Below, one piece after another: positions 16,948 through 27,238 of a stretch of DNA of 44,693 nt. The stretch spans positions 1 through 44,693 of the IMG/VR virus record IMGVR_UViG_3300013099_000034. One strand, 5' to 3'. Both the position numbers and the translations under genes were made by a program. The notes under the pieces were generated by a model. The model did no database searches. It was not told the DNA's origin and worked only from the letters and a program-made list of their open reading frames with translations. Every line of letters begins with the position of its first letter. Position 1 is the first letter of the stretch. The DNA is from a virus. Its lineage: Duplodnaviria > Caudoviricetes.

Positions 16948-17305
16948 CTTCACCGCAATGGCCGCCGTGGCCAAGCGCCTGATTGACGCAAACGGGCGGA
17001 CCGTGACCTTGATCCAACAGGGCAGCGATCCGCTGGACCTGACCAAGCCCTGGCGCGGGCAGTCCACCCCCGTCCGCGCCAGCGTCTCTGGGAAGGCCGT
17101 GTTCACTGACACAAATACCGTCAACCCCGACAACGCAAAACGCAAGCGACAGGGGATGCTTTTTGCAGCCAGCAACGACTCTGGTTTGGGACTGGAAGAT
17201 TTTGACATAGTTGAGGACGGCAGTATCCAGTGGAAGATAGTTTCGGTGTCCGTGATTGGACCGGCCGACACGCGGGTACTTTACAAGTTTGAGGTAACAA
17301 GATGA
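16940..17305 (+). CDS. head closure/stopper protein
   Basis: GTG 16940 (track start 16802 is too long); AKRLIDANGRTVTL...WKIVSV...P; follows the adaptor. Confidence 0.7.
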   Translation: MANFTAMAAVAKRLIDANGRTVTLIQQGSDPLDLTKPWRGQSTPVRASVSGKAVFTDTNTVNPDNAKRKRQGMLFAASNDSGLGLEDFDIVEDGSIQWKIVSVSVIGPADTRVLYKFEVTR

Positions 17306-17733
17306 CCGCGACCATCGCACAAGCTCGTGATGAGATTCTAGGTACGTTCCAAACGGCCTGGCTGGCAGACTCCGTGAGCCAGCTGTTGCCGGTGCTGTAC
17401 TCAGATGTGTCGCAGGAACCCCCTGACGCCGGAGCCTGGGCCAGGGTCACCATCAACCACACTGCGTCAAGACAAGCCACCTTGAGCGGCGAAACGGGTG
17501 CCCGTAGGTATCGCCGCTTTGGCTTCGTCACCGTCCAACTTTTTACCCCCACGGGTGAAGGCTTGACTTTAGGTGACGAATTGACTACAATCGCTGTACG
17601 GGCATTTGAAGGAGTGACCACGGCTCCCGGCCGGGTCATCTTCCGCAACGTCAGACCAATCGAAGTCGGCCAGGGCGGCTCATGGTTTCAAACGAACGTA
17701 CTTGCTGACTTCGAGTACGATGAGGTGAGGTAA
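17302..17733 (+). CDS. tail terminator protein
   Basis: WARVTI...GFVTVQLFTPTGEG...WFQTNV motif; precedes the tail tube gene. Confidence 0.75.
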   Translation: MTATIAQARDEILGTFQTAWLADSVSQLLPVLYSDVSQEPPDAGAWARVTINHTASRQATLSGETGARRYRRFGFVTVQLFTPTGEGLTLGDELTTIAVRAFEGVTTAPGRVIFRNVRPIEVGQGGSWFQTNVLADFEYDEVR

Positions 17734-17736
17734 ATA

Positions 17737-19272
17737 ATGGCACAGCTCAACAAAATTGACAGTAATGTAACAGGTCTACGCTACGCGGAGGAAGAGTCCT
17801 ACAAGACACTCCCCGGCACGCCGATCTGGATTCCACTGGAACCGAACAGCTACGATGACTTCGGCGGCGAAGTTACCACGGTTGCGCGGAACCCAATCAA
17901 CCCCTCTCGCCAACGCAAGAAGGGCGTCGTGACTGACCTTGACGCCACGGGCGGCTTTGAGACGGACATCACCCAGACCAACATGCAAGACCTCTTGCAG
18001 GGATTCTTTTTCGCCGACGCACGAACCAAAGTTGAGTTTGGCGGCGCGGGCGAAATCACAGGTGTTGTCACGGCCACCGATGACTACACCGCAGCCAGCG
18101 GGCTGGATGCTTTTGTTGTGGGTGATCTGGTATTTGCCGCAGGCTTTACTGACAATGCGAACAACGGGCTCAGGGTGGTATCAGCCGCTACAGCTACGGC
18201 CTTGACTGTTGGGGAGAATTTGGTTGACGAGACCCCCGGAGCAGCCGCGACCCTTGTTAGGGTTGGTGTGGTCACAGATGTTGGTGATCTGGAGGTTGAT
18301 GTCACCGGAGCACTTCCCGCCCTCACCTCAACCACGCTGGACTTTACCACCTTGGGCCTTGTGCCCGGTGAGTGGGTCTACATCGGCGGGGACGATACTG
18401 GGAACGGTTTCACCAACGCAGCCAACAATGGTTTTGCTCGTGTGAAAAGTATTGCGGCCACGGTCTTGACCTTGGACAAGACCGAGACCACCATGGTCAC
18501 AGAGGCAGGCGCTGCCCAGAGTGTTGAGTTGTATTTCGGCCGTGTGCTGAAGAACGAAACCGGCACGGATATTGTTCGCCGAACCTATCAGCTGGAGCGC
18601 ACCCTGGGTGCACCGGACGATGCGTCCCCGGCAAACGTCCAGGCAGAATATATCACCGGCGCGGTGCCGGGTGAATTCACGCTCAATGTGCCCACGGCTG
18701 ACAAGATGACGGCCAGCCTGGCCTTCGTCGGCGCGGACAACGAAACGGTTGACGGACCAACCTCGCTCAAGACCGGTACCCGCCCTGCTCTGTTGGAGGC
18801 CGACGCCTTCAACACCAGCTCTGACTTTGCGCGGATTAAACTCGCCATCGTCAACGCGACAGACGCGGCACCGGACCCCTTGTTTGCTTTTGTGACAGAG
18901 CTGACGTTGTCGATCAACAACAACGTCTCTCCCAACAAAGCCGTGGGTGTACTGGGCGCGTTTGAAGTCACCAGTGGAACCTTCGAGGTCGGCGGGGATT
19001 TGACGGCGTACTTTGCGAACGTCGCCAGTGTCCAGGCCGTGCGAGACAACTCGGATATTACCTTGGACATGCACATGGTGAAGGCCAATGCCGGTGTCAC
19101 CATCGACGTGCCCTTGATTACGTTGGGCGACGGTCGCCCGGCGGTGGAACAGGACGAGCCAATCACGTTGCCCCTGAACATGGCTGCGGCCACGGGCGCG
19201 AAGATTGACCCCAACATGGACCACACCCTGCTGATGGTGTTCTGGGATTATCTCCCCGACCGGGCAGGCTGA
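17737..19272 (+). CDS. major tail (tube) protein
   Basis: 511 aa; [32 protein letters not shown] motifs of M6/YuA-type tail tubes. Confidence 0.85.
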   Translation: MAQLNKIDSNVTGLRYAEEESYKTLPGTPIWIPLEPNSYDDFGGEVTTVARNPINPSRQRKKGVVTDLDATGGFETDITQTNMQDLLQGFFFADARTKVEFGGAGEITGVVTATDDYTAASGLDAFVVGDLVFAAGFTDNANNGLRVVSAATATALTVGENLVDETPGAAATLVRVGVVTDVGDLEVDVTGALPALTSTTLDFTTLGLVPGEWVYIGGDDTGNGFTNAANNGFARVKSIAATVLTLDKTETTMVTEAGAAQSVELYFGRVLKNETGTDIVRRTYQLERTLGAPDDASPANVQAEYITGAVPGEFTLNVPTADKMTASLAFVGADNETVDGPTSLKTGTRPALLEADAFNTSSDFARIKLAIVNATDAAPDPLFAFVTELTLSINNNVSPNKAVGVLGAFEVTSGTFEVGGDLTAYFANVASVQAVRDNSDITLDMHMVKANAGVTIDVPLITLGDGRPAVEQDEPITLPLNMAAATGAKIDPNMDHTLLMVFWDYLPDRAG

Positions 19273-19300
19273 TAACTTTCAACCGCTGAGGAGCGTAACA

Positions 19301-19738
19301 ATGAGCAGTATGTACACAAACTTCAAGAGTGACCCGGAAGCCGAAGCCAAAGGCATCATCCATGACTTTGGCGACTTCCGGGTCACGTTGGCCCGGTCTG
19401 GTGGCGCGAATAAAAAGTACCAGAAAACTCTGCAGAAACGAACCGCACCGTATGAGCGAGCCATGGCGACCGGTACCATGGACGACGACGTGGCGGAAAA
19501 GATCATGCAAGAAACTTTCTGCGACGCCGTGGTCATGAACTGGGAACTGAAACAGGAAGACGGATCGTGGGTCCAAGGCATCGAAGGCCCCGGCGGTGAC
19601 ACCCTCCCCTTCAACAAGGAAAACCTTTTGCTGACCTTCAAGAACCTGCCTGACCTGTACGATGACCTCCGCGCCCAGGCGGGCAAGAGTTCGTTGTACC
19701 GTGCGAGCCTGCGTGAGGAGGCGGCAAAAAACTCGTAG
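19301..19738 (+). CDS. tail assembly chaperone (gpG equivalent)
   Basis: After the tail tube; ARSGGANKKY, LPDLY; ends at the slippery site A AAA AAC. Confidence 0.85.
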   Translation: MSSMYTNFKSDPEAEAKGIIHDFGDFRVTLARSGGANKKYQKTLQKRTAPYERAMATGTMDDDVAEKIMQETFCDAVVMNWELKQEDGSWVQGIEGPGGDTLPFNKENLLLTFKNLPDLYDDLRAQAGKSSLYRASLREEAAKNS

Positions 19739-20118
19739 CGTGTCTGGAGTATACGCTGACCCAGGCACCAGTCGAACAGCGAATCATCAGGCAATGCTTT
19801 CGGGAGCGCAGCCCGTTCCCCGACAGGATTGCCAACGCACCAGAAATGAGGTTGGGTCTTGAGCTTTACTACGACGCCTTCTGGGACCTTAATTCCTGTC
19901 GGCCTTCGGGGTGGAACTTGGGACCCATTTCTTGGACTACGCTCCATGATTACGCGAAGGCGTATGAGTTCGACGAGGAGCAGTTCAGCGACCTGGTTCA
20001 TTACGTGCGAGAGCTAGATGTAGCGTACCTTGACCACCAGCAGAAAAAAGGTAAAGGCAAATGGCAGACTCATTCACAAAGTTCAAAATCAGGATGGGGC
20101 TCCGGACGGAGCAAATAA
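19726..20118 (+). CDS. -1 frameshift extension of the tail chaperone (gpGT equivalent)
   Basis: Heptamer A AAA AAC at 19726-19732 in the gpG frame; the -1 frame is open from 19726 through the 19846..20118 ORF (AFWDL..CR...GPISW). Confidence 0.8.
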   Translation, partial: KKLVACLEYTLTQAPVEQRIIRQCFRERSPFPDRIANAPEMRLGLELYYDAFWDLNSCRPSGWNLGPISWTTLHDYAKAYEFDEEQFSDLVHYVRELDVAYLDHQQKKGKGKWQTHSQSSKSGWGSGRSK

Positions 20119-20471
20119 AACGCAACGCCGAAAAGGCAGTGCGTCGCGCGGCCGTGGCGGCGGATACTTGGGTGGTGCTGGCCACCCCGGTTGACACCGG
20201 CCGGGCGCGGGCCAACTGGCTCACAAGCATCGGATCAATCGGTAAAGAAACTACGCAAGACACAGACGGTGATGGCACCGCGACCATCAACGCAAGCACC
20301 CGCAAGATCGAACAGTGGAGCCTCGGTCGTGGTACCATTTACATCACCAACAGTTTGCCGTATATTGGGCTGCTGGACAAAGGCAGTTCAGCTCAACGCC
20401 CAGAGGGTATGACGGCGGGGGCAATCCAGGCGGCGCAGCACCAACTCGACAATGCGCACCTACTGAAGTAA
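20061..20471 (+). CDS. HK97 gp10-like tail completion/neck protein
   Basis: TPVDTGRARANW and NSLPYIGLL.GSS.Q.P.G motifs. Confidence 0.85.
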   Translation: MADSFTKFKIRMGLRTEQIKRNAEKAVRRAAVAADTWVVLATPVDTGRARANWLTSIGSIGKETTQDTDGDGTATINASTRKIEQWSLGRGTIYITNSLPYIGLLDKGSSAQRPEGMTAGAIQAAQHQLDNAHLLK

Positions 20472-20480
20472 GGAAGAGTC

Positions 20481-23258
20481 GTGGCCACAGAACAACTGGT
20501 AATTCAAGTCAGCGAAAAAGGCACCTTGGTCGTCAAGCGCAAGCTGGATGGTTTGGGCAACAGTGCCCAGAAAGCCGGGGGTGGTGTGAAGCTCCTCCGC
20601 ACCGCCCTCGGCGGCTTGGCCACGATCGGTATCGCTGCCAGCTTAGCAAAGTCGGTTCAGCTCCTGGCAAAGTTCAGCCAGGAAATGTCTACCGTCGCAG
20701 CCGTCACCAAGGCCACCGCCAACGAAATGGAAGACCTGACAGCGGTGGCCCGTGAGCTGGGAGCTACCACCCGCTTCAGCGCCACCCAGGCGGCCGAAGG
20801 CATGACGTTCCTGGCACGGGCGGGGTTTGAGGTGGATGAGGTCATGAGCGCTATAGGGCCTACCCTGAAGCTTGCTCAGGCTGGTGGCTTGGGCTTGGGC
20901 CGGGCGGCTGATATTGCATCCAACGTACTGACCGGGTTTGGGCTGGCCGCAACTGAGGCCGCAAGGACGATTGACGTTCTGGCCCTGGCCGCCAACAGCG
21001 CCAACACCAACGTCGATCAACTGGGCGAAGGCATGAGCTACGTGGCGCCGATCGCCCGCATCTTGGGCGTCTCGCTGGAAGAAACTACCGCCGGTATTCA
21101 GACCCTGAGCGACGCCGGTATCCAGGCCAGCCGGTCGGGTACCAACCTCACTATGGTGATGCGTCTCATGACGGCCTCCACGCCCAAGCAAACCAAGGTG
21201 CTCCAGGAGCTGGGCCTCACGACAAAAGACATTGACATTACGTCCAAGGGTTTGGCCGGGGCCTTGATGACAATGAACGAAGCTGGCCTCAGCACAGAAC
21301 AAACTTTCCGATTCTTCGGTCGCAGCGCCGCCGCCGCCGGGGTGTTGCTCGCGGGCACTGAAGGCAAGATGCAAAGCTACACCAAGGCCAACATGGAGGC
21401 CGAAGGTTCAGCCGACCGTATGGCCAAAGTGATGGATGATAATTTGAACGGCGCTCTGCTTGCGGTGAAGTCTGCGTGGGAAGAGTTGCAGCTGTCCTTG
21501 GCCGACCTCGGCCCCCAGTCTGCCCTCACCCAGGGCCTCAAGAACCTGGCCAGCGTTTTGCGCCTGGCCGCCGACAACGTGGAGATTCTTACCTCCGCGA
21601 TTATCTCCCTGGGCATTGCCTTCACCGGCATCAAGTTTGCGCCCTTCCTCGCGGGTATTAATTCTGGCACCGCCGTGATGGCCCTCTTGACCAAGGGCGT
21701 GGTCGCGGCCCGCACCGCGATGGCCAGCTTGGCCCTCAACCCGGTCACAATCGGCATGCTGGCCTTGGCCGCAGCGGTCGTGGCAGTGACGGCGGCCTTT
21801 GACAAATACAAAAAGCTTCAAGACGAACTTGAGGCCATTGAAGAACGCACCTACAAAATGAGGCTGGCCCATGTCCAGGCAAAGGTGCGCGAGATACACC
21901 AGAGGAAGGCCGCCACGAAAGCGGTCGCCGGGTACCTGGACAAGATTGAAATGGAAAATAAGTTCCTGGGGTTCACTACCGCCGAGCAGGAATTGTCCAT
22001 TGAGAAAACCCGCGCCTTGGAACTTGCCAAGCGGCAACTGACGGACGCGGAATCAACGCGGCTCGTGTCGTTGGTCAAGGAACGCAACGCGATCAAAGCT
22101 GCCAATGAACAGCGCGATAATGAAAACGAATTACTGGCTTCCATCAAGCAGCCCGCCGCCGAGTACAACACTCAGCTCCAGCTGCTGGATTCGCTCATGA
22201 GCCAGAACAGGGTCACGGCCGCAGAGTACGACGCCACTCTCGCTGGGCTACAGGAAAAGTACAACCAGCTTGGCGACACGGCGGGCGCAGACTACTTGGC
22301 CGGGCTGGCCCAGGAGAATGAACTGCTGGCCATGAACAACGCAGAGCGGCAAGAGGCCCAGGCCCTGTTGTCGGCCCGGCAGGCTATTGGCTCTGACTTG
22401 ACCACGGAGCAGGCGGACGCGGTGAAGGCCCTGGTCGCAGAGCGGCAGGCGCTGGCCGCCACGGGCTACCTGGAGGCGTTGGCCCAAGAGAATGAGCTGC
22501 TCCAGATGAACAGCGCAGAGCGTGAGCAGCAGGCCGCCTACAAGGCCGCCGAAGCTGCCATCGGTGTGCCCCTCACGGAGCAGCAAAAAGCCACGGTAGA
22601 TAATCTGCGTGCCGAGAATGAACAGATACGTCTCCAGAACGAACTGCTGGAACAGATCAACGGGCCGCAGCAACTTTACAACGAGCAGGTTGCTGCGCTG
22701 GACGTGCTCTTGGCGAACGCCGATATCAACCTCCAGCAATACAGCGACGCGGTGGGCAGCTTGACCAAGACCTTGTCGGACAGCACCGCTGATTCGGCCC
22801 AGGTGATTGAGGACTCTTGGGGCAGCGTCTGGAAAAGCGCGGGTAGTGCGTTGGACGAATTTGCCTCTGGCGGCGTGATCACTTTCAAGGGTTTCGCGGA
22901 CAGCCTGATTCAAGACCTCCAGCGAATTATCCAGAAGCAAATTCTCATGCTGGCTTTCAAGTCCATGGGCATCCCCATTCCCGGCTTCGCCACCGGCGGC
23001 AGCTTCACCATCGGCGGCAGCGGGGGCACGGACTCCAAGGTCGCCATGTTCAAGGCCACACCCGGTGAGCGGGTGGACGTGTTGACCCCAGGCCAGCAGC
23101 GCAACCAACCGCAGGCCGCCGCCGCCCCGGTCATCAACATCGTCAACGTCACCGACCCGAACGAAATCCCAGACGCCATGGCGTCCACTGAAGGCGAGCA
23201 GGTTATTGTCAATACCATAACCCGAAACCGCGACACAATAAGGCAGGCAATTTCATGA
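20481..23258 (+). CDS. tape measure protein (TP901-type core)
   Basis: 925 aa; ARELGATTRFSATQAAEG, GIQASRSGT; helical repeats; C-terminal FATGGSF...GGTDS. Confidence 0.92.
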   Translation: MATEQLVIQVSEKGTLVVKRKLDGLGNSAQKAGGGVKLLRTALGGLATIGIAASLAKSVQLLAKFSQEMSTVAAVTKATANEMEDLTAVARELGATTRFSATQAAEGMTFLARAGFEVDEVMSAIGPTLKLAQAGGLGLGRAADIASNVLTGFGLAATEAARTIDVLALAANSANTNVDQLGEGMSYVAPIARILGVSLEETTAGIQTLSDAGIQASRSGTNLTMVMRLMTASTPKQTKVLQELGLTTKDIDITSKGLAGALMTMNEAGLSTEQTFRFFGRSAAAAGVLLAGTEGKMQSYTKANMEAEGSADRMAKVMDDNLNGALLAVKSAWEELQLSLADLGPQSALTQGLKNLASVLRLAADNVEILTSAIISLGIAFTGIKFAPFLAGINSGTAVMALLTKGVVAARTAMASLALNPVTIGMLALAAAVVAVTAAFDKYKKLQDELEAIEERTYKMRLAHVQAKVREIHQRKAATKAVAGYLDKIEMENKFLGFTTAEQELSIEKTRALELAKRQLTDAESTRLVSLVKERNAIKAANEQRDNENELLASIKQPAAEYNTQLQLLDSLMSQNRVTAAEYDATLAGLQEKYNQLGDTAGADYLAGLAQENELLAMNNAERQEAQALLSARQAIGSDLTTEQADAVKALVAERQALAATGYLEALAQENELLQMNSAEREQQAAYKAAEAAIGVPLTEQQKATVDNLRAENEQIRLQNELLEQINGPQQLYNEQVAALDVLLANADINLQQYSDAVGSLTKTLSDSTADSAQVIEDSWGSVWKSAGSALDEFASGGVITFKGFADSLIQDLQRIIQKQILMLAFKSMGIPIPGFATGGSFTIGGSGGTDSKVAMFKATPGERVDVLTPGQQRNQPQAAAAPVINIVNVTDPNEIPDAMASTEGEQVIVNTITRNRDTIRQAIS

Positions 23259-24535
23259 GTTGGATACGAGGATCAGCCACAGACTTCATCGACCTCTCAG
23301 ACGAACTGGTCGCCGCCGCCACGGGCGATAGCGTGGCCACGGTCGCGGTCAGCAGCGGCGGCACCGGATACACCGAAGGCGACGTCCTCCTTGTTGCGGG
23401 CGGCACCAACACGATCGCGGCCCAGGTTGAGGTCACCAGTGAGACGGGCGGCGTGATTGACGGCGTGAGAATCTACAACGCCGGGGCCTACACCGCCACC
23501 CCCACCACCCCCAACAGCGCCACCGGCGGCACCGGCAGCGGGGCCTCCATCACGTTGACCTTCACCGGCGGCAACGGTTGGACAGCAAACCGCAACGCCA
23601 TCTACTCCGGCAGCGACAAGGAGGTCATGCTGGAGGGTGACGGCGGCGGTAGCGATGCCATCCATGTTGGGTGGCGAACCTTCCGTGACGTACCCGCCGG
23701 TTATTACAACTGGGAACTACACGGCACCACCGGCTACACCGCCGGGGCCGACATGAAAGATCAACCAAGTATCAGCCCTGGATTTTTTGACGGCGCAAGC
23801 AACGACGACCAGGCGGGTGCGTATCTTTTGCTCCACGAAGCGTCCGTTGATTTTTGGTTCAGTATTACCAGCTATCGCATCATTGGTGTTGTGAAGGTTG
23901 GTACCGCGTACTTCAATTTCTTCTTGGGCTGGGCCGACCGGTTTGCCACGTCCACTGAATACCCGTACCCGTTGGTCGTTGCAGGACACACCAGTGCGCC
24001 GGACGACTTGTCCAACCAGGGTAAAATGAGCAGCGGCCTTCTGGACCCGTGGCGTGACAACGGAGCCAACGGCCTCGCCGCTGGCCCGATGTTTGTTTAC
24101 TTCACAGACGGCGGTTGGCACAGCGTTCACAACGGGCTGGTGAGCAGCTCTGCTCGCCAAACCAAAAGGGACCGCGTGGTGATACCCTGTGGCCATCCCC
24201 AAGGGCAATCGGACTGCGCTCCGGAAGACCTCATCCTTAACAACATGCTGGACTTCGACGAGTTCATACCCATCGCGGGCCTGAGCAACACACCCACCGC
24301 AAACATACACCCCACGCCGGGCACGGCCGACGGCTACGTGATGCTGCCGTGCACGATAGTTTTCTCTGATCCCACGAACCAGGTCGTGGCCAACCTGCCA
24401 GACATATTTTGGATAAGCGGGTATGGCGCAGTAGGCAGCGAGGACCGCAATATCGTGGGCGGCGAAGTCTACCGAATTTTCCAGAACTGTAACCGCACAG
24501 ACAACTATGCGTTCTTTGCGCTGAAGGAAGTTTAG
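23255..24535 (+). CDS. tail structural protein
   Basis: After the TMP with ATGA overlap; contains a V.V..GGTGY beta insert; paralogous ends with the next gene. Confidence 0.7.
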   Translation: MSWIRGSATDFIDLSDELVAAATGDSVATVAVSSGGTGYTEGDVLLVAGGTNTIAAQVEVTSETGGVIDGVRIYNAGAYTATPTTPNSATGGTGSGASITLTFTGGNGWTANRNAIYSGSDKEVMLEGDGGGSDAIHVGWRTFRDVPAGYYNWELHGTTGYTAGADMKDQPSISPGFFDGASNDDQAGAYLLLHEASVDFWFSITSYRIIGVVKVGTAYFNFFLGWADRFATSTEYPYPLVVAGHTSAPDDLSNQGKMSSGLLDPWRDNGANGLAAGPMFVYFTDGGWHSVHNGLVSSSARQTKRDRVVIPCGHPQGQSDCAPEDLILNNMLDFDEFIPIAGLSNTPTANIHPTPGTADGYVMLPCTIVFSDPTNQVVANLPDIFWISGYGAVGSEDRNIVGGEVYRIFQNCNRTDNYAFFALKEV

Positions 24536-24536
24536 C

Positions 24537-25550
24537 ATGGCATACGAAACGGGAACGCCCACCACCATCGATGACTTGATGACCAAGCTGGCTACTTTTG
24601 TGACCGGCCTTTCGACCACGCCGTGGACGCAGGAGAACACGGACCTGTCCTACGACTGGGTCACGTTCAGCCGGGGCACCTGCTACGTGAGCTTTCGCTG
24701 GAACTCAACCACGGCCGTGAACCTGGGTGTCTTCCAGTCGTTGGGCTACGGGGTGGCGGATGGAACAGCACCGCACCTCAACACGGACGACAGCGGCAAT
24801 GGCTCCACCACGGCCGCCTGTACCTCTGGCCGCCGGGTCAACTTCACGGACGGCGACATCAGCACCTTGGCAGGCCCCTACGTGGCCTATCATTTTTTCG
24901 CCAATGAAGGGTCTTCGCCTTGGGTGTATGTTGTGGTTGAAACGGCCACGGGCGTCTTCCGTCACTTCGGTTGGGGCGAGTCAATTGACAAGTACAACGA
25001 CTACACCGGCGGCGCGTTTGTTTATGGGCACCAGTGGAGCCAGAGCGGCACCTATACTGATACACCAACCGGGGCCTTCAGTTCGTTCCACATGGACGGG
25101 TTGAACGCCACGCCCAACGACGGGGCCACCGTCCACCTGGAGGGTCTTCCCGATCAGGACGCCGCCGGTAGGTGGGGCGTCACAACTCAGTCACAAACGC
25201 TCGGTAATGACCGAGCCGGTGAGGCCCGGCTGCCGCTGTTCGGCGGGGCGCGTGCGGGCCTCTATGGGTACGCCACGAGCTGGATGCGTGCGAGCGAGTT
25301 GAGTTCCTACAAGCCCCTGATGCCCATCCTTCTTGCGTACCGCGACCAGACCACCACGCCAGACACGGTTTTCTTTTTGGGCGAAATACCAGGAGTGGCA
25401 ATCATCAACATGTCGTACTATACCCCCGGTGATGAGTTCACAATCAGCGGCGACACATACATGGTCTTCCCGTGGGTTCGCAAGCAGCACCTGCGGGTCA
25501 ACACAGAGGAATCTTGGAACGCGGGCATCGCTTACCTGAAGGAAGTATAA
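24537..25550 (+). CDS. tail structural protein
   Basis: MAYETGT start, FRHFGWG, ends LKEV like the upstream paralog. Confidence 0.7.
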   Translation: MAYETGTPTTIDDLMTKLATFVTGLSTTPWTQENTDLSYDWVTFSRGTCYVSFRWNSTTAVNLGVFQSLGYGVADGTAPHLNTDDSGNGSTTAACTSGRRVNFTDGDISTLAGPYVAYHFFANEGSSPWVYVVVETATGVFRHFGWGESIDKYNDYTGGAFVYGHQWSQSGTYTDTPTGAFSSFHMDGLNATPNDGATVHLEGLPDQDAAGRWGVTTQSQTLGNDRAGEARLPLFGGARAGLYGYATSWMRASELSSYKPLMPILLAYRDQTTTPDTVFFLGEIPGVAIINMSYYTPGDEFTISGDTYMVFPWVRKQHLRVNTEESWNAGIAYLKEV

Positions 25551-27238
25551 TGGCTGACACGATGGGCATCCCCACCGTCTCCATCACCGTGTTCCAGATC
25601 GCCACTGCCCAGGCTTTTGATGTTGCGTTGCCCAACGACAGTTACGTTCCGCGCCGGATGGCAACGGGCGTAGTTGGCGGCACGCTAGACGAGGCGGATG
25701 AAGGCGTGGCGGCGACGGTGGTCGATCACCTGGGCGTGCTTTGCAACGGCCTGGACGAATTCTGGTTTGAGAAGATTCACGCCTTACCTTCGCTCATCGC
25801 GTTGGGTAACTTACTGGCCACCACCTCACGAGACATCGAACTTTATAACGCCTATCGCGTGGACGCCCGAGAGCTGACGGCCTTTGTCAACAACGCTGAC
25901 AGCGGCGTCACCTTGGTAGGCTTTCCCACGCTGCCTACTTTTATCTCGCCCAGCAGCGGGTTGGTGTTCCAGGTCCAGGTCAGTACCATCGGCCCACCGG
26001 AACTTGACGGCACGCTGGACTTCACGCTAGACGTGGCGGCCGTCTCTGTGGCCATCACGGCGGTGCGTGTTGTGATGTTCCCCTTCGCTCCAGAAACCCC
26101 CATCAAGGAAACGCTGGAGTTCAAGACCGACGTGTTGACCGGCATAGACGGCAGCGAGCAGCGGGTGAGCGTGCGTAAAAAACCGCGCCAGATTATTGAG
26201 CTGCGTATCAAGACCGAAGAAGGTCACGAACGCCGCAGGCTACAGGCCCTGCTCAACAGCTGGCACCCCCGCGTATTTGGAGTACCCATTTGGTTTGAAG
26301 CGCGGCCCGCATCCGCCCAGGTTGTCACCGGCGCGTCCACCATCCAGGTAGACACTACGTATGGGGACTTCCGCGTTGACGCCTTGGCAATCGTCTGGTC
26401 GGACAGCGAGAGGTTTGACTCACTGGAGATTGCCAGTATGACCGATACCTCCCTTACGTTCAGCTCCTCGGTCGTTGCAACTCACGACAGCAACGCCCTG
26501 GTGATGCCGTTGCGCGTGGCCAGCACAGAGGGTAGAATTGGACGCAAGAAATACGCGGTGGGCTTGACCGAAGCACAGATCAGGTTCACCACCTTGGACA
26601 ACGACTCAGACATTGCCAGCGCCGCCCCGTTCAGTACCCATAATTCCAAGATCATGCTGGACGACCCGAACCTCATGACCGGCTCCACGCACGACGACAA
26701 TCTCATCCGCCAGGTGGACCGGCTGGACAACATGACTGCGCCCTTCATCCAGTTCAGTGACTGGCAAGATTCTATGCCCGCAACCAAGAAGGGTTGGCTG
26801 GCCGCGTCGGCACAAACTGTTTGGGAAGCGCGTCAGCTAGTTCATGAATTGCGCGGGTCGCAGGTCTCGTTCTACTTGCCTACTTTTTGGTATGACATTA
26901 TCGTGGTGAGTGACCTGAGCAGCGGGGCGGCCTTAATAGATATTGAACACATTGGCTACTCCACTTACATCCAGGCCCGTGAGCCCAACAAGTCGCTCTG
27001 GATTGAGTTGACAGACGGCACCATTCTTACTCGCGAAGTCTTGGCGTATGCGGTCGTGAGCAGTACGGTGGAGCGGCTGACTGTGGATGTCAGCTGGAGC
27101 AGCACCATCCCTGTTGAAGACATCGCCCGCGTGAGTTTCTTGCGGCTGGTTCGGATAGCCGGGGACCAGGTTCAGTTCCAGCATGACTTTGCCGGCGACG
27201 CAACTGTGACCACGAATATTTTGGGAGTCAAGCAGTGA
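25550..27238 (+). CDS. tail tip/distal tail protein
   Basis: ATG 25550 overlaps the previous stop; ETLEFKTDVL...EQRVSVR.KPR and LRGSQVSFYLPT motifs. Confidence 0.7.
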   Translation: MADTMGIPTVSITVFQIATAQAFDVALPNDSYVPRRMATGVVGGTLDEADEGVAATVVDHLGVLCNGLDEFWFEKIHALPSLIALGNLLATTSRDIELYNAYRVDARELTAFVNNADSGVTLVGFPTLPTFISPSSGLVFQVQVSTIGPPELDGTLDFTLDVAAVSVAITAVRVVMFPFAPETPIKETLEFKTDVLTGIDGSEQRVSVRKKPRQIIELRIKTEEGHERRRLQALLNSWHPRVFGVPIWFEARPASAQVVTGASTIQVDTTYGDFRVDALAIVWSDSERFDSLEIASMTDTSLTFSSSVVATHDSNALVMPLRVASTEGRIGRKKYAVGLTEAQIRFTTLDNDSDIASAAPFSTHNSKIMLDDPNLMTGSTHDDNLIRQVDRLDNMTAPFIQFSDWQDSMPATKKGWLAASAQTVWEARQLVHELRGSQVSFYLPTFWYDIIVVSDLSSGAALIDIEHIGYSTYIQAREPNKSLWIELTDGTILTREVLAYAVVSSTVERLTVDVSWSSTIPVEDIARVSFLRLVRIAGDQVQFQHDFAGDATVTTNILGVKQ

